A stretch of 64,000 nt of DNA from Mobula hypostoma (GCF_963921235.1 NC_086097.1:84198001-84262000), one strand, 5' to 3'; positions 50,205 to 62,899 are shown, counted from the first letter of the stretch. The notes: generated by a model from the sequence alone, not told the origin. Made by a program: numbers and translations.

Positions 50205-50699
50205 TAAATACAGTCAGGATATATCATGATCTATACTTGTACCTAACAATGATTCAATAGGAGTACCCATGCTGTATTGTTCTATGACCCAGTGTTCCCT
50301 TACAGTACATCAGCAAACTTAAACATTCAACTGTTTTGTGTTTGAGAGGCTGTTACGCGGGGTCCAGGCCTCCGTTATCCAGTGGCAACAGGACCCTAGT
50401 GTGTGGTTCTGTGTGGGTGGGTACCTTTGATTTTGTGTAGTGGTGTAAGAGAGGTGATGGTGAATTGGCCGCAAATAAAAATTGTATGAGATGTAAAAAT
50501 TGTATGATCCACTGTACACTACTGTGCTGGGGAAGTATTTGCGTGTTTATAGAGCCTTTGTAGGCCACTGTGTGTACTGGCCTGAGCAGAAGAATGGCAT
50601 CGTCTTCTTGTGCGGTGTAGGGAAAGGGTTTTAGCGTTCCTTGTGTAATACAGCTGCTGCTCCTGTGTTGTCACACACTCCATTATTTACTTTATATTC

Positions 50700-51580
50700 T
50701 GTGCTATTTACTGGAGACGGGCCGCAAGCCCATGATCGACTGCATCTCTCGCTGATCTCGTCGATTAAGTATCGAGGAGGATTGAAATCACGCAGGCGGG
50801 TGCGGAAGGCGAGCGAGTGTTCAGTGCCGTCTACCAGCCTCTCGCTGGCTGCTGCCAGAGGAGGGTGTCTGTGTGTGGTGGTCTCTCTCTCCTCTGGTTG
50901 ATTGTGGACTCTGATTCACGTTTACGATGTGTTCTAGTTTCTGGTTGCTGCTTTTTTTTGTTGCTAGTTTGGGTGGTTTTGAATTAGGGTGGCCTGCAGA
51001 TAATGAACACTGAGCTGAACTGAAATAAGACCATAAGGCAAAGGAGCAGAAGTCGGCCATTCGGCCCATCGAGTCTGCTCCGCCATTTTATCATGAGCCG
51101 ATCCATTCTCCCATTTAGTCCCACTCCCCCGTCTTCTCGCCATAATCTTTGATGCCCTGGCTACTCAGATACCTACCAATCTCTGCCTTAAATGCACCCA
51201 ATGGCTTGGACTCCACTGCCGCCCAAATTCCATAGATTTACCATCCTCTGGCTAAAAAAATTTCTTTGCATCTCTGTTCTGAATGGGCGCCCTTCAATCC
51301 TTAAGTCATGCCCTCTCGTACTAGACTCCCCCATCATGGGAAACAACTTTGCCACATCCACTCTATCCATGCCGTTTGATTTTGTTTCGCTCGTTTTTTT
51401 GTTTTGTTGCCGTTTGCATGATTTTTTTTGCGTGGGGGGTGGGATTTGTTTTTTTTTTCATCGAACAGATTCCATGGTCCTCCTTAGATTTTCTGGCTGT
51501 CTGTGGGGAAGACAAATCTCAGGGTTGTATACTACATACACACTTAAATAATAATAAATGTACTTTCGGTCCTTTGAATT
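50700..51580 (+). mobile_element. Non-autonomous Rex1/Babar-like element split by a CR1
   Basis: CpG-rich 5' part; the tail AAATCTCAGGGTTGTATA...AATAAATGTACTTT matches 4400-4455. Confidence 0.55.
51026..51372 (-). mobile_element. CR1 LINE 3' fragment
   Basis: MDRVDVAKLFPMMGESSTRGHDLRIEGRPFRTEMQRNFFSQRMVNLWN, with a GACCATAA tail. Confidence 0.9.
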
Positions 51581-51679
51581 TACTTCTACAAGACCGTATA
51601 TGTCCTGATGAAGGGACTCGGCCCAAAACATTGACTATTTATTTCCATAAATGCTGCTTGACCTGCTGAGTTTACCTAT

Positions 51680-52457
51680 TCATTTATTGAAATACAGCAT
51701 GCAATAGGCCCTTCTGGACCTTCGATTTAGTGCAGATTAGGCCCTCCTGGACTGATACAGTATGGAATAGGCCCATTTGAACCGATACAGTTTGGAATTG
51801 GCCCTTCCAGACCAATACAGCATGGAATAGGCCCCTCTAGACTGAAACAGCATGGAATAGGCCCTTCCAGACTGATGCAGCATGAAATAGGCCCTTCTAG
51901 ACTGATACAGTTTGGAATAGGCCCTTCCAGACCAATACAGCATGGAATAGGCCCTTCCAGACCAAAACAGCATGGAATAGGCCCTTCCAGACCAATACAG
52001 CATGGAGTAGGCCCTTCCAGACCGATACAGTGTGGGAATGGCCCTTCCAGAACAATACAGCATGGATAGGCCCTTCCAGAACAATACAGCATGGATAGGC
52101 CCTTCCAGACCAATATAGCATGGAATAGGCCTTTCCAGAGTGATAGATTGTGGAATAGGCCCTTCCGGACTAATATAGTGCAGTCTGCGGAATAGGCCCT
52201 TCCAGTCTGATACAACATGGAATAGGCTCTTCTGGACCGATACAGCAAGGAATAGGCCCTTCTGGACCTTCTGGCCCTTCTGGTACACTGCCCAGTAATC
52301 CCTTGATTTAACCCTATCCTAATCACAGGACAATTTACAATGACCAATTAACCTACCAGATGGTATCTCTTTGGACTGTGGAAGAAAACCAGAGCACCTG
52401 GAGGAAACCCAAACAGTCACGGGAAGAGCGTGCTAACTCCTTCCAGACAGCGGTGGG
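51680..52457 (-). mobile_element. tRNA-type SINE whose 3' tail is expanded into a minisatellite, inserted in a Penelope-like terminus
   Basis: The SINE body is at 52280-52457. The host terminus is 51600-51675 (CCTGATGAAGGG...CTGCTGAG) and resumes at 52458 (TTCCTCCAGCATTTTGTGTGTG). Confidence 0.7.
51692..52270. repeat. 30-bp minisatellite, about 19 copies
   Basis: Consensus ATACAGCATGGAATAGGCCCTTCCAGACCA, arranged head-to-tail with no spacers. Confidence 0.95.
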
Positions 52458-53089
52458 TTCCTCCAGCATTTTGTGTGTGCTGCTCTGGATTTCCAGCATC
52501 TGCAGAATCCCTGATGTTTATATTGAGTTCAGTCATCTGTGTTTGTCCAAGGGGATTAGAGGACATTGAATACACTGGGAAAATGAGCAGGTCTCTTTGT
52601 TAATTCACTCTTAAGTACAGTGTAACAGTAAATTTGCTGATTGGTTGCAACATGTAGATTATTTTGAGAAACTGGTTCCGTGCCTCAATTGTGCTTCTTT
52701 GGGAAAATATGTCCTTGCTCAGTTGATTCATTCTGATGGAATGACTCCATGTAACCCAGTCCTTTGCCTTTCTCCCTCTTCTCTTCACCACTACCTCCCA
52801 CCCCCACACCCCACTCCTTACACAAAGTGACCGATTCTGCTGTGGCATGCCTTCCCTGGCACCATCTGGCAGGAAGGCATTTCGGGTCAGCGTTGGGACA
52901 CAGGGAAGGCTTGGCTTGTTCATGCTCTCTTGTTGGGTCCTGGCCTCCCATTTGGCAAGGAGTCCATACGAGCAGGAGAGGTCAGTGCCACAAGCACGCA
53001 AAGCCCACATACAGCTGGGGCTGTGGCAACTGCAGGGCAGCACTGGAACAAACCCTTAGCATTGAGTTGGGCTTTAGCAGCTCCCTTTT

Positions 53090-53320
53090 TTTAAAATTTG
53101 GAGACATAGTTCGGTAACAGGCCCTTCTGGGCCAACGAGCCCACGCTGCCTGATTACACCCGTATGACCAATTGGCCTACTCACCCCTACGCCTTCGGAA
53201 TGTGGGTGGAAACACATGCAATGACAGGGAGAATGTACCATCTCTTTACGGACAGAGGCTGATTTGAACCCCATCGTTGGCGCTATAATAGAGTTAGCTA
53301 ACCACTATTCTATTGTGCCC
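53090..53320 (-). mobile_element. tRNA-type SINE
   Basis: GGTAACAGGCCCTTCTGG 3' end, GGAATGTGGGTGGAAAC body and ATTTGAACCC B-box (reverse). Confidence 0.7.
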
Positions 53321-53819
53321 TTTCTCTGTTAAAATTCTGAGAAAGACCATGGCATTAACTCACCTCAGACTCAGATGACAGCTGATTGTATTGGCAGATG
53401 ATTAAGGTGGAAATCTTATCAAACAAACTTGAATTTATTTTCCTCTCAAAAATATATTTTTTATTCACATACACACAGTAAATAATATCAGGATATAACA
53501 TTTTCTACATTCACTGTAGGGTATAACTCCAGTAATCTGTATGCAACTCTTTTAAAAAAAAAACGTTTCTATGCTTTGGCACTTTGTTCACCAGTGGGGT
53601 TTTCTCTGTTTCCTTCCCATTCAGCAGGACCCTAATTTCCATGCTCCCATCCAACTAACCAGAGTCTTGGTCCCTGTGTTCCCTTTAAACTCATCCAGTT
53701 CACTGGAAAAATTGTTAATGATGATACCTAACATCTTAGAAAGAAAGTGGGTTCAAAATGCTTGGGGATGCAAATAGAAATGACATCCATTAGTTCGGAA
53801 AATATCCCATCAAACCCAT

Positions 53820-56800
53820 CACATCCTCTTGTGGAATGTGGGAAGGCAGGGAGACCTCCAGTGTTCCTGACAACTTCACCTGCAAGAAGTGCATCTAGCC
53901 GCAGCTTCTAACACTCTGTGTTAGGGAGTTGGAGCTGGAACTGGATGAAGTCGTGATCATTCAGGTGGCTGAAGGGTTGATAGACAGGGAGGTGGCTACA
54001 CCCAAGGTGCAGGTGACCATCAGGAGGGGAAAAGAGATAAACTGTCAGTCCAGAGTACCTCTGTGGTTGTTCCTTTAACAACAGGGATATCACTTTGGAT
54101 ACTGTCTTGAGGGGAGGAAAATCACAGCGGTCAGGTTAATGACACTGAGTCTGGCTCTGTGGTTCATAAGGGAAGAGGCAAGCTGTAGGGATAGGGTACT
54201 TGTTGGTTTGGTGAACAGAAAGGAGGTCCTGTGGCTGAGAATGGGATTCCCAGATAGTTTGTTGCCCCTGGATGCCTGGGTTTAGGACACCATGGATTGA
54301 GTCCACAGCATTCTTAGGAGGAGGGAGAGTGAGCGGCCAGGTACCAATGACATCAATAGGAAGAGGGACAAGGTTCTGCAAAGTGAGATCAGGGAGTTAG
54401 ATGCTACGTTAAAACATAGAAACATAGAAACATAGAAAATAGGTGCAGGAGTAGGCCATTCGGCCCTTCGAGCCTGCACCGCCATTTATTATGATCATAG
54501 CTGATCATCCAACTCAGAACCCCGCCCCAGCCTTCCCTCCATACCCCCTGACCCCTGTAGCCACAAGGGCCATATCTAACTCTCTCTTAAACATAGCCAA
54601 TGAACTGGCCTCAACAGTTTGCTGTGACAGAGAATTCCACAGATTCACCACTCTCTGTGTGAAGAAGTTTTTCCTAATCTCGGTCCTAAAAGGCTTCCCC
54701 TCTATCCTCAAACTGTGACCCCTCGTTCTGGACCTCCCCAACATTGGGAACAATCTTCCCGCATCTAGCCTGTCCAATCCCTTTAGGATCTTATACGTTT
54801 CAATCAGATCCCCCCTCAATCTTCTAAATTCCAACGAGTACAAGCCCAGTTCATCCAGTCTTTCTTCATATGAAAGACCTGCCATCCCAGGAATCAATCT
54901 GGTGAACCTTCTTTGTACTCCCTCTATGGCAAAGATGTCTTTCCTCAGATTAGGGGACCAAAACTGCACACAATACTCCAGGTGCGGTCTCACCAAGGCC
55001 TTGTACAACTGCAGTAGTACCTCCCTGCTCCTGTACTCGAATCCTCTCGCTATAAATGCCAGCATACCGTTCGCCTTTTTCACCGCCTGCTGTACCTGCA
55101 TGCCCACTTTCAATGACTGGTGTATAATGACACCCAGGTCTCGTTGCACCTTCCCTTTTAATAATCGGCCACCATTCAGATAATAATCTGTTTTCCTATT
55201 TTTGCCACCAAAGTGGATAACTTCACATTTATCCACATTAAGTTGCATCTGCCATGAGTTTGCCCACTCACCCAACCTATCCAAGTCACCCTGCATCCTC
55301 TTAGCATCCTCCTCACAGCTAACACTGCCACCCGGCTTCGTGTCATCCGCAAACTTGGAGATGCTGCATTTAAAGGACAGAACCTCCAGAGGTGTGTCTT
55401 TAGGATTACTACCTGTGCCACATGCTAGTAGACCAGAAGTAAGAAGGTCATACAATTTAATGCATGGCTAAGGAGTTGGTGCAGGAGGGAGGGCTTCGGA
55501 TTTTTGGATCATTGGCCTTTCTTCTAGGGAAGTTGGGATATGTACAGAAGGGATGATTTGCACCTGAAATGGAGAGGGACTAAGATCCAAACGGGAAGGC
55601 CTACTAGTGCTGCACAGGGGAGGGATGGGAACCAGAGTGCCAGGAAAGATAGTTAGTGGTTGTGGAGAAAGATGTTATTTAACCTACATACAAAGTCAGG
55701 AATCAAAAGGTCGAGCATGGTGGAACTAATGTTCTGAGCTGCGTATATTTCAGTGCAAAGAGTATTGTAGGAAAGGCAGATGAGCTTAGGGCATCTATGC
55801 GTGGAATTATGACATAGTAGCCATTAGTGGGACTTGTTTGCAGGAGGGGCAGGAATGGCAGCTCATTGTATTAGACATGATAGAGCGGGAGGGATTAAGG
55901 GGGGGGTGGCATTACTAGTCAGACAAGATGTCACAGCAGTGCTGTATCACGACAGACTGGAGAGCTCGTCTAGTGAGGCTTTATGAGCAGAACTGAGAAA
56001 TAAGAAAAGTATGACCATGTAAATAGGATTATCTTATAAACTATCTAACAGTTTGTGGAATTTAGAGAAGCAAATTTGTAGAGAGGTGGCAGACTGTTGC
56101 AAGAAACATAAGATTGTGATAGCAGGTGATTTTAACTTTCCACATATTCACTGGGACTCCCATACTGTAAAAAGGCTGGATGGGAAAGAATTTGTTTAAT
56201 GTGTTCAGGAACGTTTCTTTAATCAGTACATAGAAATCCCAACTAGAGAGAGTGTGATACTAGATCTCCGATTTGGGAATAGGAGCAGGTGATAGAAGAT
56301 TGCATATGGGAACATTTTATGTCTAGTGATCATAATGCCATTATTTTCGAGGTAATTATGGAAAAAGATAGCTCTGGTCCTCAGATTGAAATTCTGAATC
56401 GAAGAAAGACAAGTTTGCTGGCATTAGTAACGAATTGGCAAGTGTGGATTGGGACAGGATGTTTTTTTGGAAAGGTGTTCTTGGAAAGTGGGAGGCCTTC
56501 AAAAGTGAAATTTTGAGAGCACAGTATTTATATGTTCCTGTTAAAAGAAAAAGCAAGGTTTAGGGAACTTTGGTTTTTGAGATATTGAGGCACTGGTTAA
56601 GTAAAAGGAGGAGGTGCATAGCAGGTATAGGCAAGTATGAACAGGTGATATACTTGAAGAGAATAAGAAATGAAAGAGAGCACTTAAGGAAATCAGGAGG
56701 GCTAAAAGAAGGCACTTGGTTGCTCCAGCAGACAAGGTGAAGGAGCATCCTAAGGGTTTCTGCAGATACATTCAGAGAAAAAGGGACAAAATTGGTCCTC

Positions 56801-58430
56801 TAGATTATCAGAGAGGTAACTCAAATGTGGAGAGGAAAGAGATTGGGGAGATCTTAAGTGGATTTTTTGCATCTGTGTTTACTTGGGAGATGGACACAGA
56901 GTCTAGAGATGTGAAGTTATGGACCCTCTACATATTACAGAGGAGGAGGCTTTTGCTGTCTTGAGGCAAATTAGGGTGAATAAATTCCCAGGGCCTGACA
57001 AGGTGCTCCCTTAGACCTTTTGTGAGTCCAGTGCAGAAATTGCAGGGGCCCTAGCAGAGATATTTAAAATATCCTTAGCCATGGGTAAGCTGCCAGAGGA
57101 TTGGAAGATAGCTCATGTCGTTCTATTCTTTAAGAAAGATTCTAAAAATAAACCAGGAAATTATAGTCCGGTGATCCTGACATCAGTAGTGGGAAAGTTT
57201 TGAAAAATACTCTAAGGGACTGGATAAAAAGTATTTGTGTTTATATAGATAGGGACTGATTAGTGATAGTCAACATGGCTTTGTGTGTGGTAAGAAATGT
57301 CTGACCAATCTTGTAGAGTTTTCAAGGAAGTTACCAGGAAAGTTGATGAAGACAAGGCAGTAGATGTTGTCTACATGGACCTTAGCAAGGCCTTTGACAA
57401 GTTCCCACATGTAAGTTGGTCGAGAAGGTTCAGTTGCTCGGCATTCACGAAAGAAGCCAGAGATGGTTGGAGATGGTCACCTCTCTCACTGGAGGCTTGG
57501 GACCAGTGGTGTGCTGTAGGGATTGGTGCTGGGCCTGTTGTTGTTTGTCATCTATATCAGTGATCGGAATGATAATGTGCTCAACTGGATCAGCAAATTT
57601 GCGATGACACCGGGACTGGGGGTGTAGTGAACAGGAAGGAAGGCTATCAAAGCTTGCAGGGGGATCTGGACTGACTGAAAAAATAGGCTGAAAAATGGTG
57701 GATGGAATTTAATACAGAGGACTAAAGTTTTACACAGTGGGCAGTAGGACACTGGGGAGTGCGGTAGAATAGAGGGATCCATAATATCGTTCCATAATTC
57801 TTTGAAAGTGATGTCACAGGTGGATAGGATTGTAAAGAAATCTTTTGGCACATTGGCCTTCATAAATCAGTGTATTGAGTACAGGAGTTGGGATGTTATG
57901 TTGAAATTGTATAAGACGTGGCAGCTTAATTTGGAGTACTGTGTGCAGTTTTGCTGACCTACCTACTAGGGGGATGTAAATAAGTTTGAAAGAGTGCAGA
58001 GAAAATTTTCAAGGATGTTTCTGGGACTTGAGGACCTGAGTTGTTATGAAAAGTTAAATAGGTTAGGACTTTATTCTCTAGACCGTAGAAGATTGAGGGG
58101 TATTTATTATAAATATACAAAATTATGAGGGGGATGGATAAGGTAAATGCAAGCAATCTCTTTCCACTGGGGCTGGGTGAGATTACAATTAGAGGTTATG
58201 GGTTAAGGGTGAAAGATGAATTGTTTAGGGGAAATGAGGGAGATATTCTTCACTCAGAGGGTGGTGAGAGTGTAGAACGAGCTGCCAGCGCAAGTGGTGG
58301 ATGCAGGTTCTAACTCTACATTGAAGAGAAGTTTGGATAGGTACATGGAATGGAGGGGAATGAAGTTTCTTGTCAATGGGACTCAGCACAGACTAGATGG
58401 GGTGAAGGGCCTGTTTCTGTGTTTCAGTGC
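53820..58430 (+). mobile_element. Near full-length decayed CR1 LINE (ORF1 and ORF2)
   Basis: The ORF1 start SSCGMWEGRETSSVPDNFTCKKCI*..VRELELELDE is a Zn-finger/zipper, followed by an esterase-like region. ORF2 has endonuclease IVIAGDFNFPHI and SSDHNAI, RT DVVYMDLSKAFDK and SKFA, then a CR1 3' end. Many stops and frameshifts. Confidence 0.9.
54412..55369 (-). mobile_element. Young 5'-truncated CR1 inserted antisense into the older CR1
   Basis: Uninterrupted ORF2 C-terminus (ISKFADDTK...LVRPHLEYCVQFWSP...FFTQRVVNLWNSL) and an octamer tail (AAACATAG)n on +. TTAAA lies at both junctions. Confidence 0.95.
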
Positions 58431-58629
58431 TGTAAGTAGCACCAGGTCCTGGGCATTCTGGATTATCAGAGTCTTATTCAATAAATTCTTCTGCAGTGTG
58501 TCGGTCGGGATCCTAGACTATGCTCATTCCTGAACAAACCTTTATGGTGGCTGCACTGAGCATCAGTACATACACTCCTGTGCCATGGAACTGGAAAACA
58601 GAACACCTTCAACTCAGTTTATTTTTATA

Positions 58630-58985
58630 AACCTTAAGACATCGGAACATAATTAGGGTATTCAGCTCTTAGAGTCAGCTCTGCCATTTGATCAGGGCTG
58701 ATTCATTTTCCCTCTCATTCCCATTCTCCTATAGCCTTTGACGTCCTTACTAATCAAGAAACTATCAAGTTTCGCTTTATGTATACCCAGTGACTTGACT
58801 TCCACAGCCATCTCTGGTGAATTACACAGATTTACCACCTTCTGGCTAAAGAAATTCCTCGTCATCTCTGTTCTCAAGGATATGTCCTTCTGTCCTCAGA
58901 TTATGCCCTCTGATCTGAAGACACTCCCACTATTGGAAATATCCTCTGCATGTCCACTTTACCTAGCCCTTTCAATATATGGTAG
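58630..58985 (-). mobile_element. CR1 LINE 3' fragment
   Basis: RTEMTRNFFSQKVVNLCNS..LDSFLISKDVKGY. Confidence 0.85.
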
Positions 58986-60004
58986 GTAAAATTATTTTAA
59001 TTCAACCTGATTGCTGGCAAATAGGGTTGGGTGCAATGCTGACTCTGCACCTTGCCAGTTGGTATCAGTGGAGAATTGTATTGGGAAGGTACAGTATAAC
59101 ATTGTGACCACAAGAATTGGATATGGGGATACCAGTGTAATATTTCCCCAGCTAGCTGTGCTTAATGTTACTGAGGCAATTTTACCACACCAGTAGCATG
59201 AAAAATATATTTCAAGGCATTTAAAGAAATAAATTTTAAAAATAAATATACTTCACCTAAATATAAAGGATGCAGATTTAGACAATACTTTTAAACACCA
59301 GCTAATAATCTATTTATTTAACCTTGCTTTTTAACTAACATCATTTTGTCTTTTGTTTTCATGTCTATTTTTAATTTTACTTTCATGTTTGCACTTTATC
59401 CCATTGTAAAGCACTTTGATCTGCATTGTCTGTGTGAAATAAGTTATTATTATTCCATATAAGTTAATAGCCTTACAAAAGAAATTCCAGGTACTTTTAT
59501 AACTCTTTTGGCATCCTTCTCTCTCAGCTGAAGTGGCTTGAATAACAGGATGGTTTAAAATTCCTACAGAGTTTATTATCTGAACGAAAGTCAAACACTC
59601 TGCTTTTAGGCTCCACCGCTTTAAAAGGAAAGACATCCCAGAAGTTTTGTCGGTTGTATCCCATTCAGCTGGAAAAATTAAAACAAATCTCACATAGCAT
59701 GGGAATGAAATATCAGAAATGTATCAACTTCACTAGTATCATTTCACACTGGTTCTAAAGCTGGGACCTTTGGCTGAAGCCTTAAATCACAATTAACTAT
59801 TGACTTCAAATACTCTTTCAAAACAAAAGACTTTTCTTTTGAGTTTTGTTGTCCCTCCTCAGACCTCCTGGTGAGTACGTAGTCTGCGGTAACCTAGATT
59901 AACTGACCGATCTTTGTGTGCTGGCTCTTCCCGTGTTGAGGAATGGGCTGGTTCTCTCCTCACCACTGTCGACACAAGTCCACCTCCCGAAAAGTAGGTA
60001 GGGA

Positions 60005-61045
60005 TCCAAATCAGATTTACTATCCCCGATACATGACATGAAGTTCGTTGGTTTGCAGCAGCAGTGCAGTGCAAATTTATAAAAATCTGAAAATTACCGA
60101 AGTAAACAGTGCCAAGAAGGGGAATGGCAAGTATTGACCATGGGTTCATTGACTCTAATGGCGGATGGGAAGAAACTGGTCTGGTATCACTGAGTGAGGG
60201 TTCTCAGATTCCTGTACCACCTCCTCGATGGCAGGAATAAGAAGAAAGCCTGCCCTGGATAGGGAGCGTCCTAAATGATGGATGCTGACAGCACCTCTTG
60301 AAGATGTTCTCAATGATAGGAGAAGTCGTAGTCCCTTGTGATCCTGTGTCTCAAGAGGCTCCGTATCAGGCTATGATGCAACTAGTTAGAATGCTCCCAA
60401 CCCTACATCTGTAGAAATTTGCAAGTGTCTTTGGTTACGTACCAAATCTCCTCACACTCTTAATGAAATAGAGATACTGGAATGCTGTATTTCTGATTGA
60501 ATTGATGTGCTGGGCCCAAGGCAGATCCTCTGCAGTGTTGACACTCGTGAACTCAAAGTTGCTCATTGACTGCTGTCCACTCGATAAAGACTGGTGTGTG
60601 TTCTTCAGACTCCCCTTTCCCGAAGTCCACAATTAGTTCCTTGATCTTGCTGACATTGAATGTGAGGTTGGTGTTGCGACTCCACTCAGCCAGCTGATCT
60701 CTCACTAGGTAAATCTCTCATCGCCATCTCGGGTTCTACCAATAACAGTGGTATCATCAGTGCATTTATAGATGGTGTTTGAACTGTTCTTAGCTGCACA
60801 GTCATGAGTGTAGAGAGAGCAGTGCAGTGAGCTAAGCACACATCCTTGAGGTGCACAGTGTTGATTGTCAGTGAGGAAGAAATATTGTTATCGACCCTCA
60901 TTGACTGTGATCTCTCACAGAGGCAGTCAAGGATCCAGTTGCAAAGGGAGGTTCTGAGGGCTGGGTTTTGAAGCTTGTTGATTAGTACTGTGGGAATGAT
61001 GGTGTTGAACGCTAAACTGTAATCGATAAACATAACCTGATAGTC
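60005..61045 (-). mobile_element. Rex1/Babar-type LINE RT and 3' fragment
   Basis: MFIDYSLAFNTIIPTVLINKLQN..LCNWILD..ISSSLTINT, with a 3' region shared with the other copies. Confidence 0.9.
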
Positions 61046-61178
61046 ATTTATACGCACTCCATCACTGTGAAATGTCACCCTTCAATCAAGAAATATACAA
61101 TCACTCTGATTTATATTTATACGCACTCCATCACTGTGAAATGTCACCCTTCAATCAAGAAATATACAATCACTCTGA
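61046..61178. repeat. Tandem duplication with a 69-bp period
   Basis: ATTTATACGCACTCCATCACTGTGAAATGTCACCCTTCAATCAAGAAATATACAATCACTCTGA starts at both 61046 and 61115. Confidence 0.95.
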
Positions 61179-61789
61179 ATTTCTAGTATTATTGAATAAA
61201 TGGTTATATCGTATTTTAAATTTTAGCAATAATGTTAGATAATTTGGCCATAATTAGTGTGAGCTCATGTAAGTATTTAGTTTGCCTGGTATATGTGACA
61301 GCTTAAATGAATCATATTTAATTGTTATAAAATACAAGAAAGATATTTCAAAGCCTCTTTATAAGAATGGAGATGTATAATAGAAGTGCAGCAAACTTCT
61401 TTCTCGGACATAGTTCGGTCAGTAGGCTCTGAAATAAGCTTAGATGCAATGAAAAATAATATTGTATAAATTTGTCCCATGCAAACTCAGTGCTGTAGCT
61501 GATCTACCCTAGGATTGTTTAATGGAAAAGCAGAATATTTTTCACAGCTTATTTTATTACCTACATAGCTATTATAAAATACTTAGCCCAGTGACACATT
61601 GTGGGTAAGCATGAAATGGATTAAGCACCATGTTACATCTGTATTGAACTGCTGTGATACTTTGTCAACCTGCTAAAGTTAACTAGTTCCTGTGTATCAA
61701 GAATGACATTTAAAAACTGAGAACCTTTTGTCTCTGTGCATAATGTGTACCTCGCACACGAAAATATTCTTTGAAACAAATAAAATCTG

Positions 61790-62020
61790 GAGGCACTTGA
61801 CAGGGTGGATGTGGAGAGGATATCCCCTCTGGCGGGAGAGCCTAGATCCAGACACCACTTTTAAAATAAGGCATTGGCCATATAAGACAAATGAGGTGAT
61901 TTTTTTCTCTCTCTCTGAGGGTGGTGAGTCCTTGGAATTCTCTGCCCCTAATGGTGGTGGAATGAGAGAGAGAGAGAATGAGAGAGAGACAGAGAGTGAG
62001 AGAGAGAGAATGAGAGAGAG
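61790..62020 (+). mobile_element. CR1 remnant followed by a GA-rich microsatellite
   Basis: TTGACAGGGTGGATGTGGAGAGGAT...CTCTGAGGGTGGTGAGTCCTTGGAATTCTCTGCC, then (GA)n at 61963-62020. Confidence 0.65.
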
Positions 62021-62899
62021 AATAAATACGTTGCACTATTTATTTTACTGTTGTATTGGATGGCTAGATCTTGCTGCTGTGGTACCTGTTGGGAAGATCT
62101 ACCATTGGCAGCATCCCCAAACATTTATTTACTTGATCCAGGATGCAGACACCAACCTTGCAGGCCACGCGGTTCTATACTTGAGCAGTATCATCTGGAT
62201 CAGGAGAAGTTCTGTATATGGGCACTAAAAAGCCCTGGGTGCAAATTATTCCTGGCAGCTATGACAACTGGCAGAGCTCCATCTCCAGCTTTGGCTGTTA
62301 AAATGATTTTTAATGTTTTTTACATATATCTGGCATTCAACATTTAAAAGCTAAATGTTAACTTTTAAAATTAATCTAAAATGCAATAATTAAAAGTATT
62401 AAACACGATTGGGGAAAGTATTTTTCCCTTGTTTTGCATCTGTAGCCATTGGAATTGGTGGGTTTTGAGACCTATGTGGATTGCACTGATGAAGCGAACA
62501 GATGGTCAGCATTTTGAAGCTGTCCGTAAGTTTGGGAATTGCAGTATTTCCAATTAAACAAGTAGCTATGGGCAGTTCAAGTTGGAACATCCAGTATTCA
62601 CTAACAAAATCTTTGCCAAAATACATCTGGTATTGGCTTTTATGTATCTGCAAACAAATAAAAAGTTGATTTCTTTCCCCTGGAAGCCTGTGTTTGTCCC
62701 TTTTAAAACTTGAAGAGGAAAAAGAATAAAATTTCACCAAATAGGGGAAAGAAGTGATAAAGAGGAAAGACATTCTCTGATATTAAAAGGAACCGCTCAG
62801 CCGTCGAACATTGAAGAATACTCGTGATGGCACGGAGCACAAAGGGACTTGCTGAGAGATCATGTGCAGAGAGGGAGACGAAAACTCGGCTAACCTCCA

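Noticed and set aside
51692..52270. CRISPR array
   Set aside because: The units are head-to-tail with no unique spacers, there are no cas genes, the context is eukaryotic, and the unit derives from a SINE tail.
51727..52347. 206-aa and 183-aa repeat proteins (CCIGLEGPIP)n and (MLYWSGRAYS)n
   Set aside because: The frames are open only because the 30-bp unit is a multiple of 3. They lie inside a SINE and have no gene structure.
54514..55455. 313-aa ORF as a functional gene
   Set aside because: It is a truncated CR1 ORF2 C-terminus with a fortuitous start borrowed from the antisense strand of the host CR1.
59331..59693. 120-aa minus-strand ORF with an acceptor-like site
   Set aside because: No recognisable protein, a weak donor, and a composition typical of non-coding sequence.
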